From Lachnospiraceae bacterium (GTDB lineage Bacteria; Bacillota; Clostridia; Lachnospirales; Lachnospiraceae): a stretch of 45,181 nt of DNA. The stretch spans positions 1-45,181 of the forward strand of contig JAILLZ010000060.1 in NCBI GenBank assembly GCA_024692885.1, in the 5' to 3' direction. The translations under genes were made by a program, and so were the position numbers. The notes beneath the pieces are model-generated. The model made no database searches, had not been told where the DNA came from, and was given only the letters and a program-made list of their open reading frames with translations. Each line of letters starts with the position of its first letter. The stretch's first letter is position 1. This document shows, piece by piece, positions 17,998 to 28,434 of this stretch.

Positions 17998-19182
17998 ATG
18001 GCAAGAAAAGTAGTTATCGCAAGTGCTTGTCGTACCGCTATCGGTAAGATGGGTGGAGCTTTAAGCAACACACCGGCAGCTGACCTTGGAGCTATCGTTA
18101 TCAAGGAAGCATTAAACAGAGCGGGAGTTAAACCTGAGCAGGTTGATGAAGTAAAGATGGGTTGCGTTATCCAGGCAGGCCTTGGACAGAACGTTACACG
18201 TCAGGCAGCTATCAAGGCTGGACTTCCAATCGAAGTTCCTGCAATCACAATCAACGTAGTTTGTGGTTCTGGACTTAAGTGCGTTAACGACGCAGCTACA
18301 ATGATTATGGCAGGAGAAGCTGACATCGTAGTTGCAGGTGGTATGGAGAACATGTCTTTGGCACCATACGTGCTCACAAAGGCTCGTTTCGGATACCGTA
18401 TGAACAACGGAACAATCATCGATGCTATGGTAAACGATGCTCTTACAGATGCATTCAACCAGTATCATATGATGATCACAGCTGAGAATGTAATTGACAA
18501 GTACGGCATTACACGTGAAGAACTTGATGAGTTCTCAGCATGCAGCCAGCAGAAGGCTCAGGCAGCTATCGAAGCAGGCAAGTTCAAAGATGAGATCGTT
18601 CCTGTACCTGTAAAGGTTAAGAAGGAAGTTGTTGATTTCGTAACAGATGAGGGACCTCGTCCTGGAATCACAGCTGAGGGACTTTCAAAACTTAAATGCT
18701 GTTCAGGTAAGGACGGCGGAAACGTTACAGCAGGAAATGCATCAGGAATCAATGATGGTGCAGCAGCTGTAGTTGTTATGAGTGAAGAGAAAGCTAAAGA
18801 GCTCGGTATTAAGCCACTCGCAACATGGGTAGCAGGAGCACTCGGCGGAGTAGCACCTGAAATCATGGGTGTTGGCCCTGTAGCTTCTACAAGAAAGGTA
18901 TTCGCTAAGACTGGTCTCACAATCGATGACATCGATCTCGTTGAGGCAAACGAAGCATTCGCTGCTCAGTCTATAGCAGTTGCAAGAGACCTTAAGTTCG
19001 ATATGAGCAAGGTTAACGTAAACGGTGGTGCTATCGCACTCGGACATCCGGTTGGAGCATCAGGATGCCGTATCTTAGTAACACTTCTTTACGAAATGCA
19101 GAGAAGAGATGCAAAGAGAGGTCTTGCTACTCTTTGTATCGGTGGTGGAATGGGCTGCTCTACAATCGTTGAGAGAGACTAA
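17998..19182 (+). CDS. thl: acetyl-CoA acetyltransferase (thiolase)
   Basis: 394 aa with the thiolase motifs VCGSGLK (Cys nucleophile), [28 protein letters not shown] and CIGGGMG. The RBS is AGGAGG. Confidence 0.96.
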   Translation: MARKVVIASACRTAIGKMGGALSNTPAADLGAIVIKEALNRAGVKPEQVDEVKMGCVIQAGLGQNVTRQAAIKAGLPIEVPAITINVVCGSGLKCVNDAATMIMAGEADIVVAGGMENMSLAPYVLTKARFGYRMNNGTIIDAMVNDALTDAFNQYHMMITAENVIDKYGITREELDEFSACSQQKAQAAIEAGKFKDEIVPVPVKVKKEVVDFVTDEGPRPGITAEGLSKLKCCSGKDGGNVTAGNASGINDGAAAVVVMSEEKAKELGIKPLATWVAGALGGVAPEIMGVGPVASTRKVFAKTGLTIDDIDLVEANEAFAAQSIAVARDLKFDMSKVNVNGGAIALGHPVGASGCRILVTLLYEMQRRDAKRGLATLCIGGGMGCSTIVERD

Positions 19183-19218
19183 TTCACATTAATTATCACA
19201 GTTTAATATTGTGCGGCA

Positions 19219-19250
19219 AAAGTATTCGCATCGTAAGATGCGAATACTTT
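19219..19250 (+). other. perfect 14-bp hairpin with GTAA tetraloop between thl and hbd
   Basis: AAAGTATTCGCATC-GTAA-GATGCGAATACTTT with no U-tract. It may be an mRNA stability or processing element, or a partial terminator. Confidence 0.5.
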
Positions 19251-19309
19251 AAGGCCAAACTCGTTAAAAAAATAACATGTAAAACATGTAAATTAAGGAG
19301 GACGTTTTA

Positions 19310-20182
19310 ATGAAAGTTGGAGTAATCGGTGCCGGAACAATGGGCCAGGGAATTGCAAAAGCATTTGCATCTGTTGACGGATATGAGGTAGCACTTTGCG
19401 ATATCAAGCAGGAATGGGCTGAGAACGGAAAAGCCAAGATTGAAAAAGGCTATGCAAAGCTCGTTGAAAAAGGAAAAATGACTCAGGATGCTGTAGATGC
19501 TATCGTAGCTAAAATCACTCCGGGTCTTAAAGAGGACCTTTGCAAAGATTGTGACCTCATCGTAGAGGCAGCTTTTGAAGATATGAAGGTTAAGAAGGAC
19601 ACATTCGGTGAGCTCGACAAGATTTGTAAGCCTGGATGTATCTTCGCTTCAAACACATCTTCACTTTCTATCACAGAGATTGGCAACGGACTTACACGCC
19701 CTATGATCGGAATGCACTTCTTCAATCCTGCAGACAGAATGAAACTTATCGAGGTTATCGCAGGCGTTAACACACCTGATGAGACAGTTGCTACAATCAA
19801 GAAGATTTCTGAGGAAATCGGAAAGACACCTGTACAGGTTAATGAAGCAGCAGGATTCGTTGTAAACAGAATTCTTATTCCAATGATCAACGAAGCAGCA
19901 TTCATCAAGATAGAAGGTGTTTCTGATATCGCCGGTATCGATGCAGCTATGAAGCTTGGTGCAAACCATCCAATGGGACCACTTGAGCTCGGAGATTTTA
20001 TCGGACTTGATATCTGCCTTGCTATTATGGACGTTCTTTACAACGAGACAGGCGACAGCAAGTATCGTGCATGCCCACTTCTTCGTAAGATGGTTCGTGG
20101 CGGAAATCTTGGTGCAAAGTCTGGTAAGGGATTCTACGTATACAACGCAGACCGTACAAAGACCCCGGTAGACGCACAGTAG
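19310..20182 (+). CDS. hbd: 3-hydroxybutyryl-CoA dehydrogenase
   Basis: 290 aa with the Rossmann motif VIGAGTMGQGIA and the HBD-family motifs SNTSSLSITE and GMHFFNPA. Confidence 0.95.
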   Translation: MKVGVIGAGTMGQGIAKAFASVDGYEVALCDIKQEWAENGKAKIEKGYAKLVEKGKMTQDAVDAIVAKITPGLKEDLCKDCDLIVEAAFEDMKVKKDTFGELDKICKPGCIFASNTSSLSITEIGNGLTRPMIGMHFFNPADRMKLIEVIAGVNTPDETVATIKKISEEIGKTPVQVNEAAGFVVNRILIPMINEAAFIKIEGVSDIAGIDAAMKLGANHPMGPLELGDFIGLDICLAIMDVLYNETGDSKYRACPLLRKMVRGGNLGAKSGKGFYVYNADRTKTPVDAQ

Positions 20183-20255
20183 TTTTGTGATACATCTATA
20201 ACGACTTGGTCGTTAAGCCGTTAGGCAATAATATAAATCGGAGGAATATTAAATC

Positions 20256-21425
20256 ATGGATTTCGGATTAGATAAGAAACATGAATTGGCCAGAGCTTTA
20301 TTCAAGGAATTCGCTGAAAATGAAGCTAAGCCATTAGCACAGGAAACTGACGAGACAGAAGCTTTCCCACAGGCTACAGTAGATAAAATGGGAAAATATG
20401 GATTCCTTGGAATTCCTGTATCAAAAGAGTACGGCGGACAGGGAGCAGATATTCTTTCATACATCATGTGTGTAGAAGAGCTTTCAAAAGTTTGCGGTAC
20501 AACAGGTGTTATCGTTTCAGCTCATACATCACTTTGTGTTGACCCAATCGACACTTACGGTACAGAAGAGCAGAAGAAACATTACCTTCCAAAGCTTGCT
20601 TCAGGCGAGTACCTCGGAGCATTCGCTCTTACTGAGCCGGGTGCAGGTACTGATGCTCAGGGAGCACAGACAAAGGCTGTTCTCGAAGGAGATCACTGGG
20701 TTCTTAACGGATCTAAGTGCTTCATCACAAACGGTAAGGTAGCTGATGTTTACATCGTAATCGCTATCACAGACGTTGTTGAGGACAAGAGAGGAAGAAA
20801 GCAGAAGAAGTTCTCTGCATTTATCGTAGAGAAGGGAGATCCGGGATTCTCATTCGGAACAAAAGAGAAGAAGATGGGTATCAGAGGATCATCTACATAC
20901 GAGCTTATATTCGAAGATTGCAAGATTCCTGCAGACAGAATCCTTGGCGCAAGAGGAAAAGGATTCCCTATCGCAATGCATACACTTGACGGTGGACGTA
21001 TCGGAATCGCTGCTCAGGCTCTCGGAATTGCAGAAGGAGCACTTGATGCTACTATCGCATATGTAAAAGAGAGAAAACAGTTTGGACGTACAATCGCTCA
21101 GCAGCAGAACACACAGTTTGTTCTTGCAAACCTTGCAACAAAGGTTGAGGCAGCTAAGCTTCTTGTTTACAAAGCAGCTCTCAAGAAAGATGAGTTCAGA
21201 AGCGGAGCTAAGGTATCTTACAGCGTAGAAGCAGCACAGGCTAAGCTTTTCGCAGCAGAGTGTGCTATGGACGTTACTACAAAGTGCGTTCAGCTCTTCG
21301 GTGGATACGGATACATCAGAGAGTACGACGTAGAGCGTATGATGCGTGATGCTAAGATCACAGAGATCTACGAAGGAACATCAGAAGTTCAGAGAATGGT
21401 TATCTCTGCAAACTTACTTAAGTAA
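20256..21425 (+). CDS. bcd: butyryl-CoA dehydrogenase (short-chain acyl-CoA dehydrogenase, Etf-coupled)
   Basis: 389 aa with the ACAD motifs (ALTEPGAGTDA, QLFGGYGY, TEIYEGTSEVQR). It lies immediately upstream of etfBA. Confidence 0.95.
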   Translation: MDFGLDKKHELARALFKEFAENEAKPLAQETDETEAFPQATVDKMGKYGFLGIPVSKEYGGQGADILSYIMCVEELSKVCGTTGVIVSAHTSLCVDPIDTYGTEEQKKHYLPKLASGEYLGAFALTEPGAGTDAQGAQTKAVLEGDHWVLNGSKCFITNGKVADVYIVIAITDVVEDKRGRKQKKFSAFIVEKGDPGFSFGTKEKKMGIRGSSTYELIFEDCKIPADRILGARGKGFPIAMHTLDGGRIGIAAQALGIAEGALDATIAYVKERKQFGRTIAQQQNTQFVLANLATKVEAAKLLVYKAALKKDEFRSGAKVSYSVEAAQAKLFAAECAMDVTTKCVQLFGGYGYIREYDVERMMRDAKITEIYEGTSEVQRMVISANLLK

Positions 21426-21482
21426 TCTTTTGTTACTTCAAGCATAATTCAAACTTAGAATATAATAAGGAGAAATAATACC

Positions 21483-22265
21483 GTGAAAGTTATAGTATGT
21501 ATTAAACAGGTACCTGATACAGCAGGCGGTGTACAGTTCAATCCTGATGGAACATTGAACAGAGCTGCAATGCTTACAATCATGAACCCGGATGACAAAG
21601 CCGGATTAGAGGCAGCACTTAGATTAAAAGAGCAGTATGGAGCTGAGGTTACAGTAGTAACAATGGGACTTCCAAAGGCTGACGATATGCTTCGTGAAGC
21701 ACTTGCTATGGGAGCTGACAAAGCAATCCTCATCACTGACAGAAGACTCGGTGGAGCTGATACATGGGCTACATCTTCAACAATCGCAGCAGGACTTAGA
21801 AACCTTGATTACGATCTTGTAATCACAGGACGTCAGGCTATCGACGGAGATACTGCTCAGGTTGGACCACAGATCGCTGAGCATCTTGGACTTCCTGTAA
21901 TCTCTTATGCACAGGACATCAAGATCGAAGGAGATTCTGTAGTAGTACAGCGTCAGTATGAAGACAGATATCATGTACTTAAAGCCAAATTACCGGCACT
22001 TGTTACATGTCTTTCAGAATTAAACGATCCTAGATACATGACACCGGGTGGAATATTCGATGCTTATGAGAAGGAAGTTACAGTTTGGAGCAGAGATGAT
22101 CTTAAGGATCTCGATGATGCAAACATCGGACTTGCAGGATCACCTACAAAGATCGCTAAGGCTTCTGATAAGGTTCGTAAGGGAGCAGGAGAGAAGTTCA
22201 CAGGCTCACCTGATGAATTGGTAGAAGTACTTGTAGGAAAATTCAAAGAGAAACATATCATCTAA
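21483..22265 (+). CDS. etfB: electron transfer flavoprotein beta subunit
   Basis: 260 aa with a GTG start 10 nt after an AAGGAG RBS. The sequence MKVIVCIKQVPD...GRQAIDGDTAQVGP is typical of EtfB. Confidence 0.93.
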   Translation: MKVIVCIKQVPDTAGGVQFNPDGTLNRAAMLTIMNPDDKAGLEAALRLKEQYGAEVTVVTMGLPKADDMLREALAMGADKAILITDRRLGGADTWATSSTIAAGLRNLDYDLVITGRQAIDGDTAQVGPQIAEHLGLPVISYAQDIKIEGDSVVVQRQYEDRYHVLKAKLPALVTCLSELNDPRYMTPGGIFDAYEKEVTVWSRDDLKDLDDANIGLAGSPTKIAKASDKVRKGAGEKFTGSPDELVEVLVGKFKEKHII

Positions 22266-22291
22266 TAAGTAAAGGAAAAGTGGTGACAATA

Positions 22292-23341
22292 ATGGGTTTA
22301 GAAGAATATAAAGGAGTATATGTCTTTGCGCAGCAGGTAGACAACGTATTAGACGGTGTTGCTTTCGAGCTTATCGGAAAGGGCAAAGACTTAGCTAAAG
22401 ACTTAAATACAACAGTAACTGCAGTATTACTTGGTTACAAGGTAGAAGCACTTGCAGATCAGTTAGCAGAGTACGGTGCAGACAAGGTTATCGTAGTTGA
22501 CGATCCTGAGCTCGAAGTATACAGAACTGAGCCATATGCACATGCACTTTCTACAGTAATCAATACTTACAAGCCTGAAATCATGCTTGTAGGTGCAACA
22601 GCAATCGGTCGTGATCTCGGACCTACAGTTTCAGCAAGAGTTGCAACAGGACTTACAGCTGACTGTACACAGCTTGAAATTGGTGATTTCCCACTCGTAC
22701 CGGTTCCTGGAAAAGAGAACGAGCAGAAGCACAATCAGCTTCTTATGACTCGTCCTGCATTCGGTGGAAACACAATCGCTACCATCGCATGTCCTGACAA
22801 CAGACCACAGATGGCAACAGTTCGTCCTGGTGTTATGCAGAAGATCGCTAAGATTGCAGGCGCTAAGGCAAACGTTGAGAAATGTGATGTTAAGTTCGAG
22901 AAGAACAACAGATACGTTGAGATTCTTGAAGTTGTTAAGGCTGTAAAGAACGTAGCAAACATCATGGATGCAAAGATTCTTGTATCCGGTGGACGTGGAG
23001 TTGGATCTAAAGAGAACTTCGCAATTCTTGATGATTTGGCTGAAGTACTTCATGGAACAGTTTCATGCTCACGTGCCGTTGTAGAGAATGGTTGGCAGCC
23101 ACAGGATCTTCAGGTTGGACAGACCGGTAAGACTGTTCGTCCTCAGATCTACTTCGCAATCGGTATTTCAGGAGCAATCCAGCACGTTGCAGGTATGGAA
23201 GATTCAGACCTCATCGTTGCTATCAACAAAGATGAAGATGCTCCAATCTTCGACGTAGCAGACATCGGTCTTGTCGGAGACTTGAACAAAGTTGTTCCGG
23301 CTCTTACAGCTGCACTTAAAGCTGAATTAGCCAACAAATAA
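22292..23341 (+). CDS. etfA: electron transfer flavoprotein alpha subunit
   Basis: 349 aa from ATG 22292 (the track lists GTG 22280). It has the FAD-binding C-terminus VSGGRGVG...QVGQTGKTVRPQIYFAIGISGAIQH. Confidence 0.93.
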   Translation: MGLEEYKGVYVFAQQVDNVLDGVAFELIGKGKDLAKDLNTTVTAVLLGYKVEALADQLAEYGADKVIVVDDPELEVYRTEPYAHALSTVINTYKPEIMLVGATAIGRDLGPTVSARVATGLTADCTQLEIGDFPLVPVPGKENEQKHNQLLMTRPAFGGNTIATIACPDNRPQMATVRPGVMQKIAKIAGAKANVEKCDVKFEKNNRYVEILEVVKAVKNVANIMDAKILVSGGRGVGSKENFAILDDLAEVLHGTVSCSRAVVENGWQPQDLQVGQTGKTVRPQIYFAIGISGAIQHVAGMEDSDLIVAINKDEDAPIFDVADIGLVGDLNKVVPALTAALKAELANK

Positions 23342-23389
23342 ATCTCACTGTTTTACAACTGTCAAAGATTTCATGAGTGAAATCAAATG

Positions 23390-23423
23390 GGAGCCGTGCA
23401 TTGGTGGTGCGCGGCTCCTTTTT
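23390..23423 (+). terminator. intrinsic terminator of the butyryl-CoA operon
   Basis: GGAGCCGTGCA/TGCGCGGCTCC forms an 11-bp GC-rich stem with a 7-nt loop, followed by TTTTT. Confidence 0.8.
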
Positions 23424-23567
23424 CATTGCCTTAAAATTGTCTGTTTTTTCCAGTAAAAACGTTTTTTGGAAGTTATATATGTGTACTTAAAATGTATGAA
23501 TTGTTTTAATTATATATACATTGTTACAAATTAAACAAAGATGTCAAAAAAGTAACGGTCTATTTTG

Positions 23568-23596
23568 TTGAAAGTGAAAAAAATCTATAGTATAAT
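23568..23596 (+). promoter_or_regulatory. sigma-A type promoter of the V-ATPase operon
   Basis: TTGAAA (23568-23573), a 17-nt spacer, then TATAAT (23591-23596). Confidence 0.65.
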
Positions 23597-23663
23597 CAAC
23601 ATTATGAATTGTATTTATATTTGTACAATTTAAAATATTAAATTTTCTGAGAAGGAGGGGCTT

Positions 23664-24224
23664 ATGGAATTACAAATCCAAGATTTGGTTACATCCATTC
23701 GAAAAGAAGGAATAGATGCAGCCAATTCGGAAGCAGAATCCATTATTGCCGAGGCAAAGAAGAAAGCTGAAGCAATCGTTGGTGATGCCAGAGCCGAAGC
23801 AAAGAGCGCCAAAGAAGCTGCAGAGAAGGAAATAAACATCCTTAAGGAGAGCGCACAGGTTGGAGCAGAGCAGGCTAAAAGAGATGCCATGCTTGCTTTC
23901 AAGACAGAGGTACAGGCAGAGTTTGAAAAGCTTTTAGCTTCAAATGTTAAGAAGAGCCTGTCGGATGACGCCCTTGGAAAACTTATTCGTTCAGCAGTGA
24001 ATGGAGAAGACGTTTCAAAGTATGCCGCAGAGGTATCAGAGGTTAGCGATACACTCAAAGCAGAGCTTGCGGATGAAATCAATAAGGGACTTGAAATCAG
24101 ACCTACAAAGTCAGTTCAGGCCGGTTTCCGTCTGGCAGCAAAAGACGGATCGGGATATTTCGATTGTTCCGATGAGGAAATCATGCAGATGCTCATGCCG
24201 TATTTCAGAGACCTCGATTTCTAA
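23664..24224 (+). CDS. ntpE: V-type ATPase subunit E (peripheral stalk)
   Basis: 186 aa. The N-terminal half is an Ala/Glu/Lys-rich helix (AEAKKKAEAIVGDARAEAKSAKEAAEKE) and the C-terminus is globular. It is the first gene of the operon. Confidence 0.8.
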   Translation: MELQIQDLVTSIRKEGIDAANSEAESIIAEAKKKAEAIVGDARAEAKSAKEAAEKEINILKESAQVGAEQAKRDAMLAFKTEVQAEFEKLLASNVKKSLSDDALGKLIRSAVNGEDVSKYAAEVSEVSDTLKAELADEINKGLEIRPTKSVQAGFRLAAKDGSGYFDCSDEEIMQMLMPYFRDLDF

Positions 24225-24237
24225 GAGGAGGTGCAAA

Positions 24238-24759
24238 TTGGCTTCATATTATTACCTGATATCAAGCCTGCCGGATCTTAGAGCGGATGGGGAAATGCCG
24301 ATGACATATGACGAATTCCTCACCTGCTGTCAGTCGACTGTAAGTGAAAAAAAGTATGAACTCCTTAAAAATCTTACACTTTCCTCGGATGAGGGTCCTC
24401 TTGTAAAAGAGTGGTCGAAAGTCTATGGAATGTTGACGAAGGAATTGAATTATCAAAGAAGTGTTAACCTCGGCAAGTCTTATCCGCAAGGATACGACAA
24501 AGACGGAATCATTGCTCAGGTGGCAAACGCCGCTCTTTCCGCAAAGAATCCTCTTGAGGCTGAAAAGGTGCTTCTTGATTATGAATTTGAACTTCTGGAT
24601 ACACTGGTAGGCCTGCATGTTTTTGATGATTATGTATTATTTGGATATGCAATTAAATTGAAACTACTGGAACGCCAGAACTGCTTTGAGCATGCAAAGG
24701 GACAGGCAGAGTTCACCCATCTCTTTGACGAGGTTCAGCAGCGCGTTTACAGCTTATAA
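24238..24759 (+). CDS. DUF2764-like V-ATPase-operon protein (possible C/d-subunit substitute)
   Basis: 173 aa from TTG 24238, 7 nt after an AGGAGGTG RBS; the N-terminus is (M)ASYYYLISSLPDL. The longer track ORF (24001) would overlap subunit E by 224 nt. The family call rests on operon position and my recollection of DUF2764. Confidence 0.6.
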   Translation: MASYYYLISSLPDLRADGEMPMTYDEFLTCCQSTVSEKKYELLKNLTLSSDEGPLVKEWSKVYGMLTKELNYQRSVNLGKSYPQGYDKDGIIAQVANAALSAKNPLEAEKVLLDYEFELLDTLVGLHVFDDYVLFGYAIKLKLLERQNCFEHAKGQAEFTHLFDEVQQRVYSL

Positions 24760-24774
24760 TGGGAGAAAATTTTC

Positions 24775-26502
24775 ATGGAGATAATAACAGGACATGTAAC
24801 CGGAGTTAATGGTAACCTGATTAAGGTTGACTTTGAAGGCTCCGTTCGTAAGAACGAGGTTGGTTACATTATTGTTGGCGAGAACCGACTCAAAGGTGAG
24901 GTTATCCGTATAAACAATGGTGTGGCCAGCATGCAGATTTACGAGATGTCAGACGGAATCAAGGTCGGTGATCCTGTAGAATTTACCGGAGAACTTATGA
25001 GCGTTGAGCTCGGACCTGGACTTCTGACACAGGTTTTTGACGGTCTTCAGAATCCACTTCCTGATCTTGCAGAGAAGTGCGGATTCTTCCTTGAGAGAGG
25101 TGTTTACCTTGATCCTATTCCAAACAAGGATTGGGAATTCACACCACTTGTTCAGGTTGGAGACACAGTAAAGGCAGGAGACACTGTAGGTAGTGTTCCT
25201 GAAGGAATCTTTACACATCAGATTATGGTTCCTTTCACCACAAGAGGTGAGTGGAAAGTAAAATCCATAGTTGAAAAAGGAATGCATAACGTAAGATCGA
25301 CAGTATGCGTTATCACAAATGACAAGGGCGAAGAGAAAGAACTTTCAATGGTATTCTCACAGCCTATCAAGCAGGCTATCAAGTGCTACGAAGAGAGACT
25401 TCGTCCTGATGAGCCTATGGTAACAAAGATTCGTTGTATCGATGCTTTCCTTCCTGTAGCAAAGGGTGGTACCTTCTGCGTACCTGGACCTTTCGGAGCA
25501 GGAAAGACAGTACTTCAGCACTTGGAGGCAAAGAACTCAAGTGCGGATATCGTTATCGTTGCAGCATGTGGAGAGCGTGCCGGTGAGGTCGTTGAGGTTC
25601 TTAAAGAGTTCCCTGAACTCGAAGATCCTAAGACAGGACGTTCCCTCATGGAGAGAACAATCATCATTTGTAATACTTCTTCAATGCCTGTTGCTGCCAG
25701 AGAGGCTTCTTGCTACACAGCAGTTACTTTGGCTGAGTATTACAGACAGATGGGACTTGATGTTCTTCTTCTTGCAGATTCTACAAGCCGTTGGGCACAG
25801 GCCATGCGTGAGATGTCAGGACGTCTCGAGGAGATTCCTGGTGAGGAAGCATTTCCTGCTTACCTTGAGTCTACAATCGCTGCTTTCTATGAGAGAGCAG
25901 GTAAGGTTCGTCTGAAAGACGGAAGAACGGCATCAGTTACTATCGGTGGAACAGTTTCACCTGCAGGTGGAAACTTCGAGGAACCTGTTACACAGGCAAC
26001 TCTTAAGGTTGTCGGCGCATTCCACGGTCTCTCAAGAGAGCGTTCGGATGCACGTAAATACCCTGCTATCCATCCGATGGATTCATGGTCAAAATACGAC
26101 GGTGTTGTAGACAGAGCACGTGTTGAGGAAGCTCGTTCAATTCTTATAAGAAGTAACGAAATCAACCAGATGATGAAGGTAGTCGGCGAGGAAGGAACTT
26201 CCTCAGAGGATTACATCATTTATCAGAAGGGTGAACTTCTTGATGCGGTTTATCTGCAGCAGAACTCATTTGATCCTATCGATGCAGTTTGTCCACCTGA
26301 AAGACAGCGCGTTGAGTTTGACAGACTCTATGACGCTTTGACAAAGACATATAGCCTTGAAGATAAGAAAGATATCCGTGGATTCTTCAACCAGCTCAGA
26401 CAGGAATTCCTGGATTGGCACGGAACCTACTTCGAAACACCTGAGTTCGAAGCACAGGAGAAGAAAGTCACAGATTTCTACATGGCTAAGGTCGTTGATT
26501 AG
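24775..26502 (+). CDS. ntpA: V-type ATPase catalytic subunit A
   Basis: 575 aa with Walker A GPFGAGKT and the motifs LLADSTSRWAQAMRE and PAGGNFEEPVTQ. Confidence 0.97.
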   Translation: MEIITGHVTGVNGNLIKVDFEGSVRKNEVGYIIVGENRLKGEVIRINNGVASMQIYEMSDGIKVGDPVEFTGELMSVELGPGLLTQVFDGLQNPLPDLAEKCGFFLERGVYLDPIPNKDWEFTPLVQVGDTVKAGDTVGSVPEGIFTHQIMVPFTTRGEWKVKSIVEKGMHNVRSTVCVITNDKGEEKELSMVFSQPIKQAIKCYEERLRPDEPMVTKIRCIDAFLPVAKGGTFCVPGPFGAGKTVLQHLEAKNSSADIVIVAACGERAGEVVEVLKEFPELEDPKTGRSLMERTIIICNTSSMPVAAREASCYTAVTLAEYYRQMGLDVLLLADSTSRWAQAMREMSGRLEEIPGEEAFPAYLESTIAAFYERAGKVRLKDGRTASVTIGGTVSPAGGNFEEPVTQATLKVVGAFHGLSRERSDARKYPAIHPMDSWSKYDGVVDRARVEEARSILIRSNEINQMMKVVGEEGTSSEDYIIYQKGELLDAVYLQQNSFDPIDAVCPPERQRVEFDRLYDALTKTYSLEDKKDIRGFFNQLRQEFLDWHGTYFETPEFEAQEKKVTDFYMAKVVD

Positions 26503-26511
26503 GAGGGCTTT

Positions 26512-27807
26512 ATGCAGAAAGTATATACAAAAATCGAATCTATTGTCGGTAACGTTGTTACTGTCAAGGCTGAGGGGGTTCGAAGCGGAGACCTTGCCCT
26601 CGTAGGAGACAGCTACGCAAACGTTATCAAACTTGACGGAGACATGGTTTCTCTTCAGGTATTTGCCGGTGGACAGGGTGTCAGCACCACAGATCCGGTA
26701 CGTTTCCTCGGAAGACCTATGATGGTTTCTTTCTCAGAGCATCTTCTCGGACGTGTATTCGACGGTGCCGGAGTTCCAAGAGATAACGGACCTGCTCTTA
26801 CAGAAAACATGATTCCAATCGGTGGACCTTCTTTTAACCCTGCAAAGCGTATTTTGCCGAAGCATATGATCCGTACAGGAATTCCTATGATCGATGTTTT
26901 CAATACACTTGTAGAGAGCCAGAAGCTCCCGATATTCTCCATTTCAGGAGAACCATACAACCAGCTTCTTTCACGTATCGCCTTGCAGGCAGAAGTAGAC
27001 GTTATCGTTCTTGGTGGTATGGGACTTAAATATGATGATTACCTTCAGTTTAGAGACACTCTTGAAAAGGGTGGAGCTATGAGCCACACTGTTATGTTTA
27101 TTCATACAGCTGCTGACCCTACTGTTGAGTGTACACTTGTACCTGACATGTCACTTGCAGTTGCAGAACAGTTCGCTCTTGAAGGAAAGAAAGTACTTGT
27201 TCTTCTCACTGACATGACAAGTTTCGCAGATGCTCAGAAAGAGATGGCAATCACCATGGAGCAGGTACCTTCAAACCGTGGTTATCCTGGAGATCTTTAC
27301 AGCTGCCTTGCATCACGTTATGAGAAGGCCGTTGATATCGAAGGTGCAGGATCTATCACAATCCTCGGAGTTACTACAATGCCTGGTGATGACGTTACTC
27401 ACCCGGTTCCTGATAACACAGGATATATTACTGAAGGTCAGTATTATCTGAAGAACGGACACATCGAGCCATTCGGTTCACTGTCACGTCTGAAACAGAA
27501 CGTTAACGATGCAACCAGAGACGATCACCGTGCACTCATGGATGGTATGATTCGTATTTACGCTTCATACAAAGAGTCCCTTGAGAAGAAATCAATGGGA
27601 TTCCTTATGACAGAGTGGGATGAGAAACTCCTTAAGTACGGTGAGCTTTTCGAATCAAAACTCATGGACCTCAGTGTTAATATTCCATTGGAAGATGCAC
27701 TTGATCTGGGCTGGGAAATCCTTGCAGAGTGCTTTGAGCCGAACGAGACAGGTTTGAAGACTAGCCTCATCAAGGAGAGATGGCCTAAAAAGGATGCATT
27801 GAACTAA
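26512..27807 (+). CDS. ntpB: V-type ATPase subunit B
   Basis: 431 aa with the motifs [15 protein letters not shown] and RGYPGDLYS, typical of the non-catalytic B subunit. Confidence 0.97.
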   Translation: MQKVYTKIESIVGNVVTVKAEGVRSGDLALVGDSYANVIKLDGDMVSLQVFAGGQGVSTTDPVRFLGRPMMVSFSEHLLGRVFDGAGVPRDNGPALTENMIPIGGPSFNPAKRILPKHMIRTGIPMIDVFNTLVESQKLPIFSISGEPYNQLLSRIALQAEVDVIVLGGMGLKYDDYLQFRDTLEKGGAMSHTVMFIHTAADPTVECTLVPDMSLAVAEQFALEGKKVLVLLTDMTSFADAQKEMAITMEQVPSNRGYPGDLYSCLASRYEKAVDIEGAGSITILGVTTMPGDDVTHPVPDNTGYITEGQYYLKNGHIEPFGSLSRLKQNVNDATRDDHRALMDGMIRIYASYKESLEKKSMGFLMTEWDEKLLKYGELFESKLMDLSVNIPLEDALDLGWEILAECFEPNETGLKTSLIKERWPKKDALN

Positions 27808-27819
27808 AAGGAGCAGTCA

Positions 27820-28434
27820 ATGGCTATCAAACTTACGAAAAATGAACAGAAAGTGCAGAAGGACAACCTTAAGCAGTTTGAACGCTATCTTCCGACTTTG
27901 CAGCTGAAAAAACAGCAGTTGCAGTCAGTTATCATGAAGGTGCGTGCAGAACTGGAAGAAAAGGAAGCCGAGCGTGTTCAGATGATCGGAGATTTGGATG
28001 ACTGGGTAGCAGTATTTGCTGAGAATACCATCTTTGACGAAGAGAAAAAGCTTGATCATTTGGTACAACCGGATACGGTCATTTGCAAGAATGAGAATAT
28101 CGCCGGTGTCACTGTTCCTACTTTCCAGGAACTGACATTTAAGGATATTGCTTATGATGTTGATGACTATCCTTTATGGGTTGATACAGCACTCATAAAA
28201 CTCCGTGAGATTGCAAGACTTGATGCATTGGTTTCAACGCTTCACAAGCAGTCGGAGCTTCTTGAAAAAGAACTCAGATCTACTTCACAGCGTGTAAACC
28301 TCTTCGAAAAGGTTAAAATACCTGAGGCAAAGGAGAATATCCGTGTAATAGGTGTTTACCTCGGAGATCAGCAGACAGCCGCAGTTGTACGCGGAAAGAT
28401 TTCAAAGAAAAAATTAGTGGAGGCAGCGCCATGA
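27820..28434 (+). CDS. ntpD: V-type ATPase subunit D (central stalk)
   Basis: 204 aa. The sequence LTKNEQKVQKDNLKQFERYLPTLQLKKQQL...RVNLFEKVKIPE is characteristic of subunit D. Confidence 0.9.
   Translation: MAIKLTKNEQKVQKDNLKQFERYLPTLQLKKQQLQSVIMKVRAELEEKEAERVQMIGDLDDWVAVFAENTIFDEEKKLDHLVQPDTVICKNENIAGVTVPTFQELTFKDIAYDVDDYPLWVDTALIKLREIARLDALVSTLHKQSELLEKELRSTSQRVNLFEKVKIPEAKENIRVIGVYLGDQQTAAVVRGKISKKKLVEAAP

Noticed and set aside
23630-24082. 150-aa Ala/Ser-rich ORF on the - strand
   Set aside because: It is antisense to V-ATPase subunit E. The GCN/GAA-rich sense codons keep the opposite frame open, and the product is low-complexity.
24001-24237. N-terminal 79 codons of the 252-aa track ORF (24001..24759)
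   Set aside because: This part would overlap subunit E by 224 nt in another frame. A strong AGGAGGTG RBS precedes the in-frame TTG at 24238, where the conserved-looking SYYYLISSLPDL sequence begins.
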